From: Candidatus Fermentithermobacillaceae bacterium UBA3907
Lineage (GTDB): Bacteria > Bacillota > Sulfobacillia > Fermentithermobacillales > Fermentithermobacillaceae
Assembly (NCBI GenBank): GCA_002391545.1
Contig: DGFF01000024.1
Location: forward strand, 1-35,708
Direction: 5' to 3'
DNA: 35,708 bases
Under the pieces are notes generated by a model, which worked only from the letters and a program-made list of their open reading frames with translations, was not told the DNA's origin and searched no databases. The position numbers and the translations under genes are program-made. This document shows, one piece after another, positions 9,258 to 17,085 of the stretch (positions within the stretch are counted from its first letter, which is position 1; the number at the start of each line of letters is the position of its first letter).

Positions 9258-10844
9258 ATGGAAAACAGAAAAGGTATGACCCTTGTTGAAGTGATCGTAT
9301 CTGTCGCTATATTTGGCGTTGTGGCCGTTGGATTCTTTGCATTTCTAGGTAATCACCTTAGTTACCTTTCCAAAACGGAAGAAATGTCCCAAGAGGTTTT
9401 TCTGGCCCAAGCCGAAATGGAAAAAGAGATAGACCAGGTTAAGGAACTTATCAGAAATGGAGCAGGGGGACTTACACCGAAGACCAAGAACATCCTCAGC
9501 ACTCTAAAATCTGGCGGTATTCCTGTGACTTATTACGAGGTAGAAAAAGAGTACGGTGCTAAGACGTTTTACACCTTAGTCTCAAATGTGAAACCGGAAG
9601 TGATAGAACCCATAACTCTTGAAAGTATAGGGATCCAACTCCAACAGCTTGTATCAGGTAGCAAGGTAAATGTAAGCTACGGATACGGCAATCAGAACTT
9701 CTCAGTGACCGGTACGTTCAAGAATAAAGATGAGTTTAAGTGGGACCATCTCTTGACGGTGGTTGAATGGTACGTTTCTAGCGATGAATATAACATGCCG
9801 GTGCCTAGCAGCGATGATTTTCCACTGGGAGAGGATATTTTAGAGTATTCCTACTACTATCCAATATTTCCGCGGGACTACGAGCTTGTCCGGAACGCCA
9901 TCATATATGATTTTGGCACAAAACAGGTTACCCTGCCTGATCCTGATATAGAGGAGTACAGAGGGAGAAACATAATATTTTCGGCTACGCCTGGCGCAAA
10001 ATCAGGAAGGATAGGAGTTCAAATGGCGAGCCATCCTGTTTTTATCTCAGGATTACCGGTCACAGATAGCCTAGTACTTCATCTAGATGCGAACCAAATA
10101 GATCCTACAGACGCTACGTTGGAAGTTTTTCCCGATTCTTCATATGTTACAGAATGGTTGGATGTTTCCAGCGTCATTGGCAAATCTGCGCCAGATGAGA
10201 AGGCTTTTTCGTCAGGCTCGACCCACCCGTCTCTTTTAAAAACCGAAATGGGAGTGGAGTTTATAGGGCAATACATTAGGTTTACGGGGAGCGGCAAGTT
10301 GACTATAAGTAATCAGGGGACTCAGAACCAGAACATCTATGTATTTGCTGCTGTTCGCAACAGAAGTTATGATAGTTCTGAATTTCTAAAAAGTGGTAAT
10401 ATTTCTATCAGTGTTGAGGGAAAGTCACAAGAAGCGCCGAATGTCTGGAACATTGTAAAAGAAGGGTGCGTGTGGCCAAGTGACAGTTTCGATATAGGCG
10501 AGGCAGATGTAGACATAGCGGAAATAATAGTATACAAAGGGACGCCTAGCGGGGATGACATCGATGCTATCGAAAACTATTTGAAACAAAGATACTCGAC
10601 TCCTATCGTTCTGGGCGATATAGAGCGACTTATTGATATGGAGATGGAAATAGCGGTAGGAACTGGATACCAGTTGCCAAGTATGGTGCTGGCAGACATG
10701 GTAGGCAATTATCAGAAGTATGTGTCGGTCGAGTGGTCAGGCACCTATGACGTAAATGTTCCAGGTGTATATAGGTTAACGGGCAAGGCTTTGGCAGATC
10801 CAACTAAGAAGATGACCCTTACTTTGACAGTATTATCTCAATAG
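9258..10844 (+). CDS. Large minor pilin with LamG/ConA-like and C-terminal bacterial Ig-like domains
   Basis: RKG|MTLVEV signal (ATG 9258 after GGGGG RBS). LVLHLDA..VTEWLDVS..DIAEIIVY..IENYLKQRY is a LamG-like pattern; LPSMV..VSVEW..PGVYRLTG is a Big_4-like pattern. Confidence 0.72.
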   Translation: MENRKGMTLVEVIVSVAIFGVVAVGFFAFLGNHLSYLSKTEEMSQEVFLAQAEMEKEIDQVKELIRNGAGGLTPKTKNILSTLKSGGIPVTYYEVEKEYGAKTFYTLVSNVKPEVIEPITLESIGIQLQQLVSGSKVNVSYGYGNQNFSVTGTFKNKDEFKWDHLLTVVEWYVSSDEYNMPVPSSDDFPLGEDILEYSYYYPIFPRDYELVRNAIIYDFGTKQVTLPDPDIEEYRGRNIIFSATPGAKSGRIGVQMASHPVFISGLPVTDSLVLHLDANQIDPTDATLEVFPDSSYVTEWLDVSSVIGKSAPDEKAFSSGSTHPSLLKTEMGVEFIGQYIRFTGSGKLTISNQGTQNQNIYVFAAVRNRSYDSSEFLKSGNISISVEGKSQEAPNVWNIVKEGCVWPSDSFDIGEADVDIAEIIVYKGTPSGDDIDAIENYLKQRYSTPIVLGDIERLIDMEMEIAVGTGYQLPSMVLADMVGNYQKYVSVEWSGTYDVNVPGVYRLTGKALADPTKKMTLTLTVLSQ

Positions 10845-10852
10845 GAGCGATC

Positions 10853-11644
10853 ATGGCTTTATTTGTCTTTATATTTGGACTAATAATAGGTTCATTTGTG
10901 AACGTTTTAATATATAGAATTCCTAGGGGGGAAAGTATAGTAGTGCCAGGCTCTTACTGTACGTCTTGTAGCCATAGCTTAAAGTGGTACGATAACATCC
11001 CTATACTTTCCTACGTCATGTTAAAGGGAAAATGCAGGTATTGCAGGGAAAAGATAAGTTTGCAGTACCCCATAGTTGAAGCCTTGAATGGGATTCTTTA
11101 TATCCTTTTATACTATACCCATGGTCCTACTTTGGAATTCCTTTTTCTCGCCCTTATATCTTCTATGCTCATAGCTATAGCTGGAACCGACATAACCGCT
11201 CAGGTCGTGCCTGACGGTCTAGTCATAGCCGTATTCGTACTGTCTTCAATAGAAAAGTTGATCCAGCATTACATATTCCATGAATCTGTAGATATAAAAG
11301 GAAGCATCCTCGGCGCTCTTTTCGGCGGAGCGCTTTTCACTGTAATTTCCCTTATATCCAAAGGTGGGATGGGTGGCGGAGATATCACCCTTATATCCTC
11401 TTTAGGATTCGTCTTGGGTCTTGAGAAAGAAATCTTGGCAGTATTTCTTTCTTTTATTATAGGTGCAGTTTCATCGTTGTTTCTCGTAGGCACTAAAGCC
11501 AAAAGTATGAAAGATTACATACCTTTCGGCCCGTTTATAATCCTCAGTTTTTTCATCACCATATTTTTTGGAGATAGGATCCTTGCTTGGTACTTAGGAT
11601 TGTTAGCCGTAGAAAGGGGGTTTGGGATCTGTGCTCTTTGGTAG
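10853..11644 (+). CDS. pilD: Prepilin peptidase/N-methyltransferase
   Basis: GSFVNVLIYRIP, CTSC..CRYC, catalytic D in GTD and GMGGGD, IPFGPF. Confidence 0.95.
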   Translation: MALFVFIFGLIIGSFVNVLIYRIPRGESIVVPGSYCTSCSHSLKWYDNIPILSYVMLKGKCRYCREKISLQYPIVEALNGILYILLYYTHGPTLEFLFLALISSMLIAIAGTDITAQVVPDGLVIAVFVLSSIEKLIQHYIFHESVDIKGSILGALFGGALFTVISLISKGGMGGGDITLISSLGFVLGLEKEILAVFLSFIIGAVSSLFLVGTKAKSMKDYIPFGPFIILSFFITIFFGDRILAWYLGLLAVERGFGICALW

Positions 11645-12695
11645 TAAAGATATCCTTTGCCTTGATTTTACCTCTGGAGATATATCTGGAGCGTTGGGGA
11701 AATACAACAAAAAAGGCATCACTGTCACAGATTGTTTTAGATCAGATCTGCCAGAGGGAGTATATGAAGATGGGCAGATTCTAGATTTCGACAGACTAGT
11801 GGAGATTCTTTCTAACATGCTTTCGGAAAATGACATAGGTTCGATTGAAACCAACGCAGTAATAAACTCTACATCCATCGTCATGAGGGACGCGATTTTA
11901 CCTAAAGTGTCCCATGAAGAACTTCAGGCCATAATCGACTACCAAATCGATCAGTTTATACCCATCAACCCAGAAGATTATGTGGTGAAATTTCTTGATT
12001 TGGGTACGGTGATCGATGCTGGGCTGGAGAAGACAGCAGTGCTCTTAATTGGAGTGCCTGAAGCCATGGCCAGGGAGCATCTTAGCCTGTTGGAGGAGAC
12101 AGGTCTTAAACCAGGGGCTTTGGACTACGAGGGCAATGCCATAGCCAAACTGATAGCCACAGGTGGTGCAGTGAATTACACCATCCCTGAAGCAACTTGC
12201 GTAGGTGCTGTAAACCTTGGATACAAGCATACCAACCTGAGCATAGTGGAAAATGGGGTTTTGAAGGTTTCTAGGTATATTGAAAGGAGTTTAGAGTCAG
12301 CGATTAAAGAAGTGCGAAAGGTCCTGCCCTCTATGTCTCAAGAAGAGATAAAGGCTAAGCTCATTTCTTTGCCGGACATTTGGTCGTCCTTAGACGCAGA
12401 TTCAAACGATGTGGAACTTGTCACCGCAGCAAAAAATGGGTTGAATGAAATAGCCGAGAGTATAGGGTTTATATTTAGGTACTATCAAACTAGGGAAAAT
12501 TATGTGCCATTGGACTATATCCTCATCTACGGCATAGGATCTCAGATAAACGGGATAGACAAGTTTTTCCAGCAAACTTTTGAAAAGGATTCTTACGTTC
12601 TAAGGAGCATGGAAAATGTAAAGTGGGACGAGGACATAAACCTCTACGCCAACGCTATCGGCGGCTTGATAAGGCTGAGTGAGGTGAAGAAATGA
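11631..12695 (+). CDS. pilM: Type IV pilus alignment protein PilM (actin-like)
   Basis: N-terminal LCLDF, LPEGVYEDGQI, QFIPI, VNLG..TNLSI, YANAIGGLIR; position before pilN. GTG 11631 is preferred over 11622 from AAGGGGG RBS spacing. Confidence 0.88.
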   Translation: MLFGSKDILCLDFTSGDISGALGKYNKKGITVTDCFRSDLPEGVYEDGQILDFDRLVEILSNMLSENDIGSIETNAVINSTSIVMRDAILPKVSHEELQAIIDYQIDQFIPINPEDYVVKFLDLGTVIDAGLEKTAVLLIGVPEAMAREHLSLLEETGLKPGALDYEGNAIAKLIATGGAVNYTIPEATCVGAVNLGYKHTNLSIVENGVLKVSRYIERSLESAIKEVRKVLPSMSQEEIKAKLISLPDIWSSLDADSNDVELVTAAKNGLNEIAESIGFIFRYYQTRENYVPLDYILIYGIGSQINGIDKFFQQTFEKDSYVLRSMENVKWDEDINLYANAIGGLIRLSEVKK

Positions 12696-13258
12696 CAGAT
12701 CTTAACTTTTTTGAGCCTTTTGTAGAGAAAAAAAGGCTGGAGATAACAGGGCTTTTAGTGCTGTACATAGTCCTCATCGTATCTATCGTTGGAGTAGCCT
12801 GCGTAGCGGCTGTCAATCAAATCAGGATAGTGGCTCTTCAAAAAGACCTCCAGAGGCAAGAGGAATTCATAAATAATCCGTCGATAGTTGCGAAAGTACA
12901 ACAGTTAGAGGCCTTGGAGGCTGAGATCAGCACTTTTAGGAAAGAAATCAATAACGTAAGATCCTTAGAAGAGGGCATTTCGGCTAGCAATATAGTTACC
13001 ACCAACCTTTTGTTTGAAATATCTTCCAAGTTACCCTCAGGTGTGTTCATAAGCAACATAAGCGTAGATAAGAGCCAAATACGCATTGGTGGCTATTCAA
13101 AAGACAAGGCCTCAGTAGCAAGTTTCGCTAAGGGGTTACAGACCCTACCTATAGTATCGGACAGCTTTGTTTCAAGCATTTCTTCGGCTGAGTCTTATTA
13201 CAGGTTTGACTTGGCCCTCAGTTTGCAGGAGGTGTCAGCAGATGGAAGCGCCGAGTAG
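12692..13258 (+). CDS. pilN: Type IV pilus alignment protein PilN
   Basis: DLNFF (INLLP-equivalent), single TM, coiled coil, ISSKLPSGVFIS..IRIGG; ATGA overlap with pilM. Confidence 0.88.
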   Translation: MTDLNFFEPFVEKKRLEITGLLVLYIVLIVSIVGVACVAAVNQIRIVALQKDLQRQEEFINNPSIVAKVQQLEALEAEISTFRKEINNVRSLEEGISASNIVTTNLLFEISSKLPSGVFISNISVDKSQIRIGGYSKDKASVASFAKGLQTLPIVSDSFVSSISSAESYYRFDLALSLQEVSADGSAE

Positions 13259-14627
13259 CCTACAGACAGAGACGAAGAGACTAATTAACATAAGGCCCCT
13301 TACAGACAATGAAAAAATGCTCCTGGTGGTGCTAGGGATTGCGCTTGTCCTATTTGTAGGCGTGTCATACATCCTTACTCCCCAGGCTGAGAAGATATCT
13401 GAGCTTCAAGCGGACTTAAATGAGGCGAGGAACAGGGTAGAGGAAATAAATGTGCTGCTCGCGAGAGAAAGAGATATAAGGGAGACGAGGGATAGTTTGG
13501 CCGAAGAGCATAAAGAAATGCTTGAACGATATTTCCCTGTACTAGATCAGCCCCAGATTATATATCTTTTGAACGATTTGGTATCAAAAGGGAGTTTCCA
13601 GGTGCCTAATTTCAATTTCGATAAGCCTGCTTCTGAAACTGTTTCTTCCTTAGAAGTAAGGAGCATGAGGGTATCGGTGCCTTTTGAAGGAAGATATACT
13701 GATCTTTTGGATGTGATGGAAAGCGTACAGTCTAGCCCAAAGAAAGTGAAGATAGATAGCGTTACAGTAGATAGGGTCGATGATTTGAACGTGGGAGGTT
13801 CTATGACGTTAAGAGTATACAGTTTGGAGGGCTTGGTTCAAGCAGAGCCTGACGTGATAGATATTCCTACATTTCACAATGCAGGGGATGTAAACCCTAT
13901 AAGGAGTTTTTACGGGTTTGAGGAAGTAGCTCAGCTGGTCCAAAAGGAAGAGGGAGAGCAAGGAAGAATAATCAACAATTTTGAGAGCAAAAACTACGAC
14001 TTTATACCTTCCCATTCGTACGTGAGCGGTAGCGCTAGTAGAACTTCCTGGTGTAAGTCTGGAAAGTACGCCGCCAGGCTTGAATACAGCATAGTTGCGG
14101 TAAGAGAAGAAAACAGGGCGTATTTGGATATTTCAAAGCAAAACATTCAGATCGCTTATCCTCCTGACAACTTGTCTGTCTGGGTTTACGCTTTCTCATA
14201 CGGCCCAGGGAATATTGGAGTTCGGGTGATGACCCAAAACGGAGATGTCCTCCACATCACAGGCGCAAATGGCGTTTCTTGGCTTGGATGGAATAAGGTT
14301 TCTATGCAGCTTCCTGGGGATATTTCCTTGTACCCCCTTAAGGTTACCCATCTCTACTATGAGGTACCCATGGATTGCGATGATTTCGGGGTGTTGGTGT
14401 TCGATGATCTCTCGGTGCTTCACGTTAGGGCTGCCACAGCTCAAGAAGCGTGGCGAGAGGAGCCTGAGTATTTCTTCTACAAAGTAGAGGCTGGAGATAC
14501 TGTTTCCTCTATATCCAGAAAGTTTTACGGAACTACAAGGTACAGCAGTGAGATCATGTCAAATAACGGGATTGCGTCTGGCGAGGCCCTAAGGCCAGGG
14601 AAAATACTTGTTTTGAAGAAAAGATAG
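13242..14627 (+). CDS. pilO: PilO-like protein fused to a carbohydrate-binding-like beta-sandwich and a C-terminal LysM domain
   Basis: ATG 13242 after AGGAGG. LTDNEKMLL then TM, coiled coil and VPFEGRYTDL PilO core; GKYAARLEY..WVY..WLGW..VFDDL module; YKVEAGDTVSSISRKFYG..NGI..LRPGKILVL LysM. Confidence 0.8.
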   Translation: MEAPSSLQTETKRLINIRPLTDNEKMLLVVLGIALVLFVGVSYILTPQAEKISELQADLNEARNRVEEINVLLARERDIRETRDSLAEEHKEMLERYFPVLDQPQIIYLLNDLVSKGSFQVPNFNFDKPASETVSSLEVRSMRVSVPFEGRYTDLLDVMESVQSSPKKVKIDSVTVDRVDDLNVGGSMTLRVYSLEGLVQAEPDVIDIPTFHNAGDVNPIRSFYGFEEVAQLVQKEEGEQGRIINNFESKNYDFIPSHSYVSGSASRTSWCKSGKYAARLEYSIVAVREENRAYLDISKQNIQIAYPPDNLSVWVYAFSYGPGNIGVRVMTQNGDVLHITGANGVSWLGWNKVSMQLPGDISLYPLKVTHLYYEVPMDCDDFGVLVFDDLSVLHVRAATAQEAWREEPEYFFYKVEAGDTVSSISRKFYGTTRYSSEIMSNNGIASGEALRPGKILVLKKR

Positions 14628-14638
14628 GGGGAAAAGCG

Positions 14639-16315
14639 ATGAAACATCGATTGGCTTTGGTCATGGCATGCGCCTTGGTGATTTTGAGTTTTTCAGGGGT
14701 AGCCTATGCCGCTGAGTCTGAAGATTACATCGCAGGGTACTTGGCAGGCGTAGAATTCTATGAGAGATACGGGGGCGCGTATAGCGCTTGGGAGGCGTAT
14801 TATATTCACATCGCAAGTTCTAAGTTTGACTATAAGCCTGTAGACGAAAAAGATGGTTGGGCCCTTTATAAAGAGGGGTTTCAGAAAGGTTACTCAGATG
14901 CTGTAGAAGGCATCACTGTAAGCGTAAACTATGCTTCAGATCTGGGTTCTCTCTTAGGAGAAGTTTACGCTAGGAGGGATTACAACAAGGGTAACAAGAG
15001 CAACTGGGCAAAGGCTATGCCGACTGATTCGTCTGTAGTCAGCATGTTCAACTTGACCATGTTGGGGGTGGAGTATAGGAAAGAGTTTTTGGACCAGTTT
15101 GAAGAGGCGTTTAAGGAAAGCTATCTAAAGGCTTATGAAGAAGCGTTGCTGGAACCCAAAAAGGTGAGTATTTCCCAAGGATTTGAGGATGGCCAATCGG
15201 TTGGCGCAGCTGTAGGAGCTACGTTTGGAGAAAGAGACTACCTATTGGGGTTCCGCTTAAACTATAAAAGAAACCTTCCAAGCGAAACTTCTATCACTAA
15301 AGATTTCAGGTTGGACTTGGATTCAAAAGAATACAAGGATGCTTTTATTCAGGGTTATATCTCAGGGTATGAGAGCGCATACAACGAAAGTTACAGAGGT
15401 ATTGCTCAAAGAGACGCTGAGAATAAGAGCATTTCTGCTTTGATCCCTGTCTCTGGCGGGAGCGCTACCTTGGAGGGAAACATCACAGTTACAGTTCCTG
15501 CTGGCGCCTTGTATTCCCCTGCGTATCTTATGATCGAGAACGTGACCCAAAGTTATCTGTATACTAGTTACTATGTTCAGGCTTCTCAAATTTACAAGGT
15601 GAGCATAAACGATGTGAACTACACCATGGATAAATCTAAGCCTATCACTATAGAGTTTCCGTACTATGGAGATCCTCTAAAGGGCGGGATATATAGATAT
15701 GTTAACGGCCGGTGGCTGTATATCCCATCTAGAGCGGTAGGTGGGAAGATTTCTGCTTCTATAGAACCTGGTACTTTGTCTGGCGTTGGGCACATATACG
15801 CGGTATTTGCAGATAATGGGGCTAGGGCTTTTCCAGATGCAAGGAGCCATTGGGCGAAAGATGAGATAAACACCATGTTGAGGCGAGGCGTAGTAACTGG
15901 TTACTCAGATGGGACTTTTAAACCAGATAATAATGTGACCAGATTGGACTTTCTTGCAATGTTAAGCAGGGCGTACCAGTGGCCATCTGGATCTTACGGC
16001 TCTTACGCGTCTGGTTTCAAAGACTACCACAAGTTCAAAGATTACGCAGGTCCCGTTGGTTATGCTTATACCATGGGCTACGTTAAAGGGTATTCTGATG
16101 GAAATTTCAGGCCGTATGACCCGATATCGTACAACGAAGTTCAAACCATAATGCGCCGCGTTCTTAGAGATACCGGTTTCAGTTGGGAAACGATAGCGAC
16201 TCAGATGATGTACGATAAAGCAGTGAAATCTGCGAGTTTTGCAAGCTACAATAACAAAATAACCAGGGCAGAGGTAGTTTATATGCTTTACTCGCTATCA
16301 AGCCGTATTTACTAG
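14639..16315 (+). CDS. Secreted S-layer homology (SLH) domain protein with an internal 86-aa tandem repeat
   Basis: Signal peptide ending AYA; C-terminal SLH motifs FPDARSHWA..GYSDGTFKPDNNVTR, GYSDGNFRP and ITRAE; 11 nt after the pilO stop. Confidence 0.85.
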   Translation: MKHRLALVMACALVILSFSGVAYAAESEDYIAGYLAGVEFYERYGGAYSAWEAYYIHIASSKFDYKPVDEKDGWALYKEGFQKGYSDAVEGITVSVNYASDLGSLLGEVYARRDYNKGNKSNWAKAMPTDSSVVSMFNLTMLGVEYRKEFLDQFEEAFKESYLKAYEEALLEPKKVSISQGFEDGQSVGAAVGATFGERDYLLGFRLNYKRNLPSETSITKDFRLDLDSKEYKDAFIQGYISGYESAYNESYRGIAQRDAENKSISALIPVSGGSATLEGNITVTVPAGALYSPAYLMIENVTQSYLYTSYYVQASQIYKVSINDVNYTMDKSKPITIEFPYYGDPLKGGIYRYVNGRWLYIPSRAVGGKISASIEPGTLSGVGHIYAVFADNGARAFPDARSHWAKDEINTMLRRGVVTGYSDGTFKPDNNVTRLDFLAMLSRAYQWPSGSYGSYASGFKDYHKFKDYAGPVGYAYTMGYVKGYSDGNFRPYDPISYNEVQTIMRRVLRDTGFSWETIATQMMYDKAVKSASFASYNNKITRAEVVYMLYSLSSRIY

Positions 16316-16383
16316 GCGCATCAAAAAGGTTGTGGCGTAAGCTTACAGGTTAATGTACCGGTAATATATTGGTAACCTTCTGG

Positions 16384-16411
16384 AAGCCGGCTCGTCTGTG
16401 AGCCGGCTTTT
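16384..16411 (+). terminator. Intrinsic terminator closing the pil operon
   Basis: AAGCCGGCTC-gtctgt-GAGCCGGCTT stem ending in a TTTT run. Confidence 0.75.
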
Positions 16412-16413
16412 CG

Positions 16414-16442
16414 GAAGCAAAGGGGACGGGGGTTCTTGCTTC
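16414..16442. repeat. 29-nt REP-like hairpin repeat, copy 1
   Basis: GAAGCAA-AGGGGACGGGGGTTC-TTGCTTC: 7-bp stem with G-rich loop. Confidence 0.85.
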
Positions 16443-16626
16443 GTCCTCAACTTTTCTATGCGGAGCGATTCTTCTCTAAGCACGGATGCATCTATGTGAT
16501 GTGGGTAGTGTACCCTGGAAGTTTCTACAAACTGTGGAGTGGTCGATGGGAACAAAAAAATATCAAGCATTATTGAATAGACGGTGCAGATTCAGGCACA
16601 TCTGTAACCTGGCGAACGCAACAGAT

Positions 16627-16842
16627 TTATAGGCCTTCGGTAGTTTTGAGTGCAGTTTCTGCTAGATCCAAATCTTTTTTTGGTACAAGCACCTTGATCG
16701 GTGCCAAACCTGGATAAACGCTACCCGGCAGAGAGGCCCGGAATAGAACCTCAATGCCATATGATTCGAGCACTGAGCGGACAAGCTGCGCTTCTACTTC
16801 AGTTGCTACCTGGCAAACCTCAACCCAAGGTTTATCTTGCAT
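16627..16842 (-). CDS. Small DUF2007-like (putative signal-transducing, PII-like fold) protein
   Basis: WVEV..EVEAQLVRSVLESYGIEV..IKVLVPKKDLDLAETAL pattern; ATG 16842 after GGGTGA (alternative GTG at 16851). Confidence 0.75.
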   Translation of the reverse strand: MQDKPWVEVCQVATEVEAQLVRSVLESYGIEVLFRASLPGSVYPGLAPIKVLVPKKDLDLAETALKTTEGL

Positions 16843-16883
16843 ATCTATCACCCTACTCCAATTCTACTTCGAATTGCCTTGAT

Positions 16884-16941
16884 GAAGCAAAGGGGACAAA
16901 AGAAGCAAAAGAGAAGCAAAAGGGACGGGGGTTCTTGCTTC
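16884..16941. repeat. REP-like repeat copy 2 (16913-16941) preceded by two partial tandem copies
   Basis: GAAGCAAAGGGGAC (16884-16897), GAAGCAAAA (16902-16910), then GAAGCAAAAGGGACGGGGGTTCTTGCTTC (28/29 identical to copy 1). Confidence 0.85.
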
Positions 16942-17085
16942 ATCTCTAAATTTACTCGCTAGCAGGATCTACGCCTTCCTATGCAGAAACTACCTTAAAA
17001 TGCAGGGTTCATTCAAGTTATTTATTCGTATCCTACGAGTGATTGTGGCAAACCTTCTACAACAAGACGCGTTGGAGTGTAACCA

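Noticed and set aside
13167-13241. Longer PilO start at 13167
   Set aside because: Lies deep inside pilN with no RBS; ATG 13242 has AGGAGG.
16343-16570. 75-aa minus-strand ORF, and the 65-aa ORF at 22233-22430
   Set aside because: They run through terminator or repeat sequences and show no recognisable motifs.
16414-16941. 29-nt direct repeats as a CRISPR array
   Set aside because: Only two full copies about 500 bp apart enclosing a gene; no regular spacers and no cas genes.
16961-16990. sigmaH-like promoter GCAGGA-N18-GAAA upstream of the helicase
   Set aside because: Weak -10 match (GAAA rather than GAAT); not supportable from sequence alone.
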